Shown in pieces: positions 46,936 through 64,000 of a stretch of 64,000 nucleotides of DNA. The position numbers and the translations under genes were made by a program. Numbering within the stretch: position 1 is the first letter of the stretch; every line of letters begins with the position of its first letter. The stretch comes from the human T2T-CHM13v2.0 reference genome, Homo sapiens. The stretch is taken from the NCBI RefSeq assembly GCF_009914755.1, contig NC_060931.1; one strand, written 5' to 3'. Under the pieces are notes generated by a model that saw only the letters and a program-made list of their open reading frames with translations, did no database searches and was not told the origin of the DNA.

Positions 46936-48712
46936 AAGCTTATGGCTTTGCTAGATCTATTATTTAACAAACAATTTGAGAGTCTGTTTCATTTAAATTA
47001 ATAGGCTCAAGGCTCACAGTATCCATTCCGCTGCCTGTTTATTGTCATGCTATTTCTAGCCTGTGATCTAAAGACAAGCACCTAGTCTCCTTGTTCTCTG
47101 TATATCTCCATTGCCCAGCTGAAGGGTGGCAAACAGGTGGCCTGTGCCTGGCTGAAGGGTGGCAAATAGGTGGCCTGGAGTTGGTATTCTGTTCCCTCAT
47201 CCCCGGGCAGCCAGTGATGCTCATTCCTGAACTTTCTCCCCTGAACCCCAGTTTAGCATCAGAATCCTACTGGACACAGTGCCTAAGACAGCTGGTACCA
47301 ACCAGGTGGAATTGGCACATCAAATAAAACCTACTTGCCATCGCTGGGTGTCCCGGCATTCCCATCAGGAAGTGTGAGATGACGAATGAGTGAAGAATGA
47401 AGTCCTGCGACTTGGGGAGAGGACTTTCCTGCCTCATCCCAATCCAGTCTGGCTGCCCCAGCCCCAGGGGCCCCCTGCCCTCCTGGCTGTCTGATGACGT
47501 ACCGCGTGTGGGCTCTGCAGGTCCTCCAGGGCTCTCCCACCCTTGGTCTGCACCACTCCCGGTTTCACCCAGATCTGGGGCTGATGAGAGGTCTCCGGCC
47601 TGCCCCCTACAGGAGTTCAAGGGCTACCTCTGATGCACCTCTCTGGGCCCATCGGCTCTGGAATGGGAGGGAGTCTGCCTGCCAGTCTCCCGAGACCCCC
47701 ACCCCAGCATCCAAACACTTGAGTCCCGGGTGGCCGCCCCCAGTACCCTCCCTCCTCCCCCATCACCAGATCCTGGGAGCTGGAGTTTGGAGGTTAACCT
47801 TTCCAAGGGCTGTGGGGCAACCATGGGTGCAACTAAGAGCCCAGGAGGCGTAATGAGGGGCACCGGGCAGGACTGCAGAAGGTGACAGGGAAAGAGCCCA
47901 GTTCACAGAGGGAAAGGCAGGATTCCCCGGGGAGACTCACCCCTCCAGGAGCTGATGGTTCTGGCTCAGGGAGTCCCTGTCCTGGGGTAGAGGATGCAGC
48001 CTAGAATTTTGGAAGGTTTGGGGGCACCCTAGTCCACAGGGCTCCATCCCCCAGTGTGGCAGCCAGCCTCTAAAATGGCCCCTAAATGATCCCTGCCTCC
48101 TGGAATTCATGCCCTCTGTGACCCCTGCTTCCCCTCCATGCAAAGGAGCTTGGAAACAGATCCCTCCTGCCCGGTTGAGCCTCAGATGAGACCACAGTTC
48201 TTTCCAGCGACGTCGGCTGAACCCTTCCTAAGTTGCACCACGAACACCCCTCCTGCTACAGTGGAGAGTGCCTTGGCCCAGAGAGGGCTACCAACCTGCC
48301 CAAAGTAACTCAGACAGCTGGTGGCTGAGCCAGGACTGGGACCCACATTCCTAATTCCCAGCTCTGTTCTGGGCCCAGTCACCACAGCACCCCCCTCCTG
48401 GAGGCTCAGCCCAGCTGCAGCCCTGGAGGGAGGGGCCAGCGGCTGGGGCTCTCAGCCCCTGTGTCTCAGGCGCACACTGGGCATCAGTGCCTTTGCTCTC
48501 TGGGGCCCTGCCAGGCTACTTTCCTCCCACGCTGCGGTAACATGGAAAGGCTTCCAGATATCACCACACAGGTGATTTGACCAAGACAGTTGTTAACTGT
48601 GGAATGAGAATAACGGCCTGCCTGGAAAGAGCAGGCCCTGTGTGCCAGGCATAGCCCATGAGTCCACTCTTCCTCCCGACAGCCCTTAGAGAAAGATCTC
48701 TTCTTGTGGGCG

Positions 48713-49046
48713 TTTTCTTTTTTTTTCTTTTTTTTTTTTTTGGCCGGGGGGCTTGGGGGAAACGGAGTTTGGTTCTTGTTGCCCACATTGGAGTACAATG
48801 GTGCGATCTCGGCTCACTGCAACCTTCACCTCCCAGGTTCAACTGATTCTGCTGCCTCAGCCTCCTGAGTAGCTGGGATTACAGGTACAGGCATATGCTG
48901 TCACACCTGGATAATTTTTGTATTTTTAGTAGAGACGGGGTTTCTCCATGTTGGTCAGGCTGGTCTCGAACTCCCGACCTCAGGTGATCCGCCCACCTCG
49001 GCCTCCCAAAGTGCTGGGATTACAGGCGTGAGCCACCACGCCTGGC
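48713..49046 (-). mobile_element. Alu, antisense, with a G-rich interruption near the tail; TSD gtgggc(g/a)ttttct
   Basis: Alu body and flanking direct repeats. Confidence 0.9.
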
Positions 49047-50215
49047 CTCGTGGGCATTTTCTAGCTGAGGAAAGGTAAACTCAGAGCCCACGGGGGTGGT
49101 CAGTGTGGAGATTCAAACCCAGCCCTGTCTCTAAAACCCTGCCCCTTCCGCTTGCCCTCACCACAGCAGGGCCCCAGTGTTCCCAGAACCTCTGTCCCCG
49201 CCGTGCCCCCTCACCCACTCACCGGCTGCTCAGGGTCCCCACCTGTGCTACCACCTGGCTGACAGCACTGGCTCCATGCTTGCTGGGCCTGGCCCCTCGG
49301 ACCGAAAAACTGGGCCTGGGGTGGCCAGAAGAGGCCCAGCTCCACACCAGTCAGCAGTTCCAAGTCCCACAGGAGCTGCAGGAAGATGGGGTGCCAGGGC
49401 GTGAGGGGGCACCCACCCTGGCCTCAGCCACACCCCCAGCCAGCCCTTACCTGCTCCTGGGCCCGCCGGCTCCACTCCATCTGCAGCAGTACAGGGGGCA
49501 GCTCCAGCCCTGGGGGATACCCGCGGCCCTCTTGCACCTGGAGGGGCAAGATGGTGTCAGGTCCCCGCCTGTCTCCTTCCTTCTGAGGCAGTGCCCCTCC
49601 CTCACCTGCCAAAGTGCAGCCCTGAGCTGGCCTGGGCTTGCGGGGCACCAGAAGAGATACTGGTACAAAGCCAAGGCCTGTCTGGGGCTGCAGGGGAGCC
49701 CTGAGGCCCCCGGGGTGGCTGCCTGCACCATGCGGAGCCTGGAGGGAAGCGGAGGACAGGAAACCAAGAGCCAGGAGCAAGGAAGGACAAAGGCTCTGAT
49801 CTCAATCATGCAGGGCCTGACACCTGAGCCCTGGCTGGACGGCGGCCAAGCCTCATAGACTCTGACCTGTCTCTGAGATGGCTTTTATGGCCCTACAAGT
49901 GGCAGCGTGGAGTGAGCAGTGTGACCCCGAAAGAGGGAGGTATACGCATATGCTTGTTTACAGCCCCCAGTGAGCATTTGTTTGACATATACTGTACAAG
50001 CATACATATGCACATCAACCACACAGCTGCATTATTTGGGCACACAATATGCCCAATATGGGTAGCAACAGCAGCCGCTACCAACAGTTTAGCTTGTGCG
50101 GGAATGAAGATGCTTCGTACATATAATCCTTCCTTGCAGCAACTCTATGAAGCAGGCTCTATTATTATCCCCACTTTATAGGCAAGAAGACTGACTCAGA
50201 AAGCAACTTCTCCTA

Positions 50216-50525
50216 GGCCAAGTGTGGTGCTTCACATCTGCAGTTCCACCACTTTGGGATGATGAGGTGGGAGGATGGCTTGAGCCCAGGAATTTGAGAC
50301 CAGCCTGGGTGACATAGCAAGACCCCACCTCTTAAAAAAAAAAAAAAAGTTAGCCAGAAGTGGTAGCACGCGCCTGTAGTCACAGCTACTTGGGAGGCTG
50401 AGATGGGAGGATTGATTGAGGCTGGGAGGTCAAAGCTGCAGTAAGCTGTGATCGTGCCACTGTATTCCAGCCTGAGTGACAGAGCAAGATCCTGTCTCTT
50501 AAAAAAAAAAAAAAAAAAAAAAAAA
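50216..50525 (+). mobile_element. Alu (AluJ-like), sense
   Basis: 'gaggtgggaggatggcttgagcccaggaatttgagaccagcctggg' AluJ diagnostics; poly-A tail. Confidence 0.92.
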
Positions 50526-51807
50526 GGAATAGCTTGTCTTAACATGTGGCAGCATTTTTTTCTTCTGGAGATGGATGGATGTGATACCCTCTGGGAAGAC
50601 ATGGTCCCGGGAGCCCAGGCCGTCCATCAGCAAGAGGCGAGTGGTAAGAGGCCCTGCCCCAGCGAGCACTACCCACATGCTTATCCATGCTGTCCACCTA
50701 GTAAGTGCTGTCCATGCATCACTGTTCATTCCCCAACACATACCAGACGCTTGTTACTATCATCCTCATCTCGCAGATGAATAGACAGGTCATTTAAGTT
50801 ATCTAATCAGGAGAGGGGCTGAGTGCAGGAGCTCTGCCATCTTTACATCCTGCCCTGTCGTGAGCAGATTTGCCTGCTGGCTACTTTGTCCCCATTCCGT
50901 GAGAGAACAGAGCAGACCCTCCTCTTGGCCAGAAGAGAAAACAGCGTCAATGAAAGAGCAATCAGGCTGAGTGGCCTCCAATTCAACCTGGCGCTCTTTT
51001 GCGTCCTTGCCTGAGCACAAAGCCCTTCACTCCCTGTTGGAATAGCAGGGAGCAATGAGGATGGAGTCCCCTGACCTCATGACCAAGGTCCCTAAAACAC
51101 CAAGGTCACAGAGCTGGTAGGCAGCAAAGAAAACTTGAATTCTGGACTTTTTCTATCTCAAAACCCATGTTCCCTCCCTACAGTGACGTCTTTACATGCT
51201 GCCAGTGTCTACTGCCCATATGTCTGCCCAGGGTGGGTGTGGCTGTGAAGGCAGGCAGGTATGCATTGCACGTGCTTATCTGGGTTTCTGAGGGATGTGT
51301 GTTTCTGTGTGCACACGCAGGTACATGTCCACACTGCATTGTGGTCTATTGCTTCTGTTTCTCACCCCAGGCATAGGGTCCCTGTGTCACTAGCTCTCAG
51401 AGTGGCCCAGAAGGTGCCTGCACACTCAGTATCCCCAAGCCACAAGGAAGGGGGAGGCCATTCTCTGATGCAGCCCCTTCTCCGTGGTTCCTCAGCCCCT
51501 GCAGGATCCCACATGGATCCACAGAAGGTACCACATGGGGCCACACGTCATGCCTGCTACACAGAATGAGCACAGGGCTAAGACCAGGGCACCAGGGTCC
51601 TCCTTCTACCCACTGCAGGGTTTCCCAGACAGCACCAGGGAGTGGCTGGGTGGGGCAGCCCAGGCATGCAGGTGCAAGGAGTAAGCATGGTGCCGTGATT
51701 CTGCGGCCACTGATCACTGGACCCCATGTTCCTGGCAGCCCAGCCTCTGTCCCAGCACCAGGAGGAAATACACACACACACAAGGAAGCCTTCGGGCAGG
51801 CCTAGAG

Positions 51808-51813
51808 TTTACT
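51808..51813 (-). terminator. KCP: Probable KCP polyadenylation signal, variant AGTAAA
   Basis: About 155 nt past the KCP stop and followed by a (TG)n GU-rich element; no AATAAA nearby. Confidence 0.55.
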
Positions 51814-51968
51814 GCTGGTGACTCAACATGGCGGGGGTCTTTGCAGGGCAGGGGCCCAGGCTCCAGTGTCCAGGCAGGGCATTCTCTCCATAGCCCTAAC
51901 CAGGGTGGGAACTGCTCGCCAAGGGGAGACTCCTGGCCTGATGAACCCTTATCAGGCACTGTCCTGGC

Positions 51969-63999
<12,031 letters not shown>

Positions 64000-64000
64000 G

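Larger units (their letters stand above)
43865..51010 (-). pseudogene. Cryptic multi-exon gene of unknown family (candidate unitary pseudogene / truncated gene) between KCP and SPMIP1
   Basis: Minus-strand exons, 5' to 3': 51010-50803 (donor apparently mutated), 49738-49606, 49537-49451, 49375-49223, [~48383-48530?], 47981-47941, 47872-47503, 45934-45884?, 45659-44550, 44465-44376, 44181-44090, 44005-43939 (TAG). ATTAAA at 43887-43882. The 5' and 3' exon blocks join in frame; in-frame stops occur at 47626-47624 and 45356-45354. Confidence 0.65.

Noticed and set aside
47116-47177. 33-bp tandem duplication gctgaagggtggcaaa(c/t)aggtggcctg; also a duplicated aagaggaatctttttt at ~718-755
   Set aside because: Simple two-copy local duplications with no sign of function; not CRISPR-like.

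Overview
Mammalian (recognisably human, 7q32 FLNC locus) GC-rich genomic DNA. I reconstructed gene models by hand from splice sites and reading phase. The window holds the complete 48-exon FLNC (filamin C) gene on + (CDS 5565-33449, 2725 aa), ATP6V1F on + (37832-40505, plus an 84-nt cassette exon), the 2-coding-exon ATP6V1FNB/SPMIP1 gene on + (41337-43702, 176 aa), and the last 19 coding exons of KCP on - (63965 down to stop at 51969). Alu, L1, L2, MIR and MaLR repeats are interspersed. The most striking unexplained structure is a cryptic multi-exon gene on the minus strand between the KCP 3' end and SPMIP1 (~51010 to ~43865). It has phase-compatible exons with good splice sites, protein-like motifs, a stop codon and its own ATTAAA signal. 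It also has in-frame stops and an apparently dead donor in its 5'/middle part, so it is a candidate unitary pseudogene or a truncated 313-aa gene lying antisense to the SPMIP1 3' region. Other notable signals are a 7-site AP-1 cluster plus TEAD sites upstream of FLNC, a GC donor in the last FLNC intron with a frameshifting GT competitor, a decayed ~38-bp minisatellite in FLNC intron 8, inverted Alu pairs, and a 1.35-kb UG-rich array next to a KCP acceptor.
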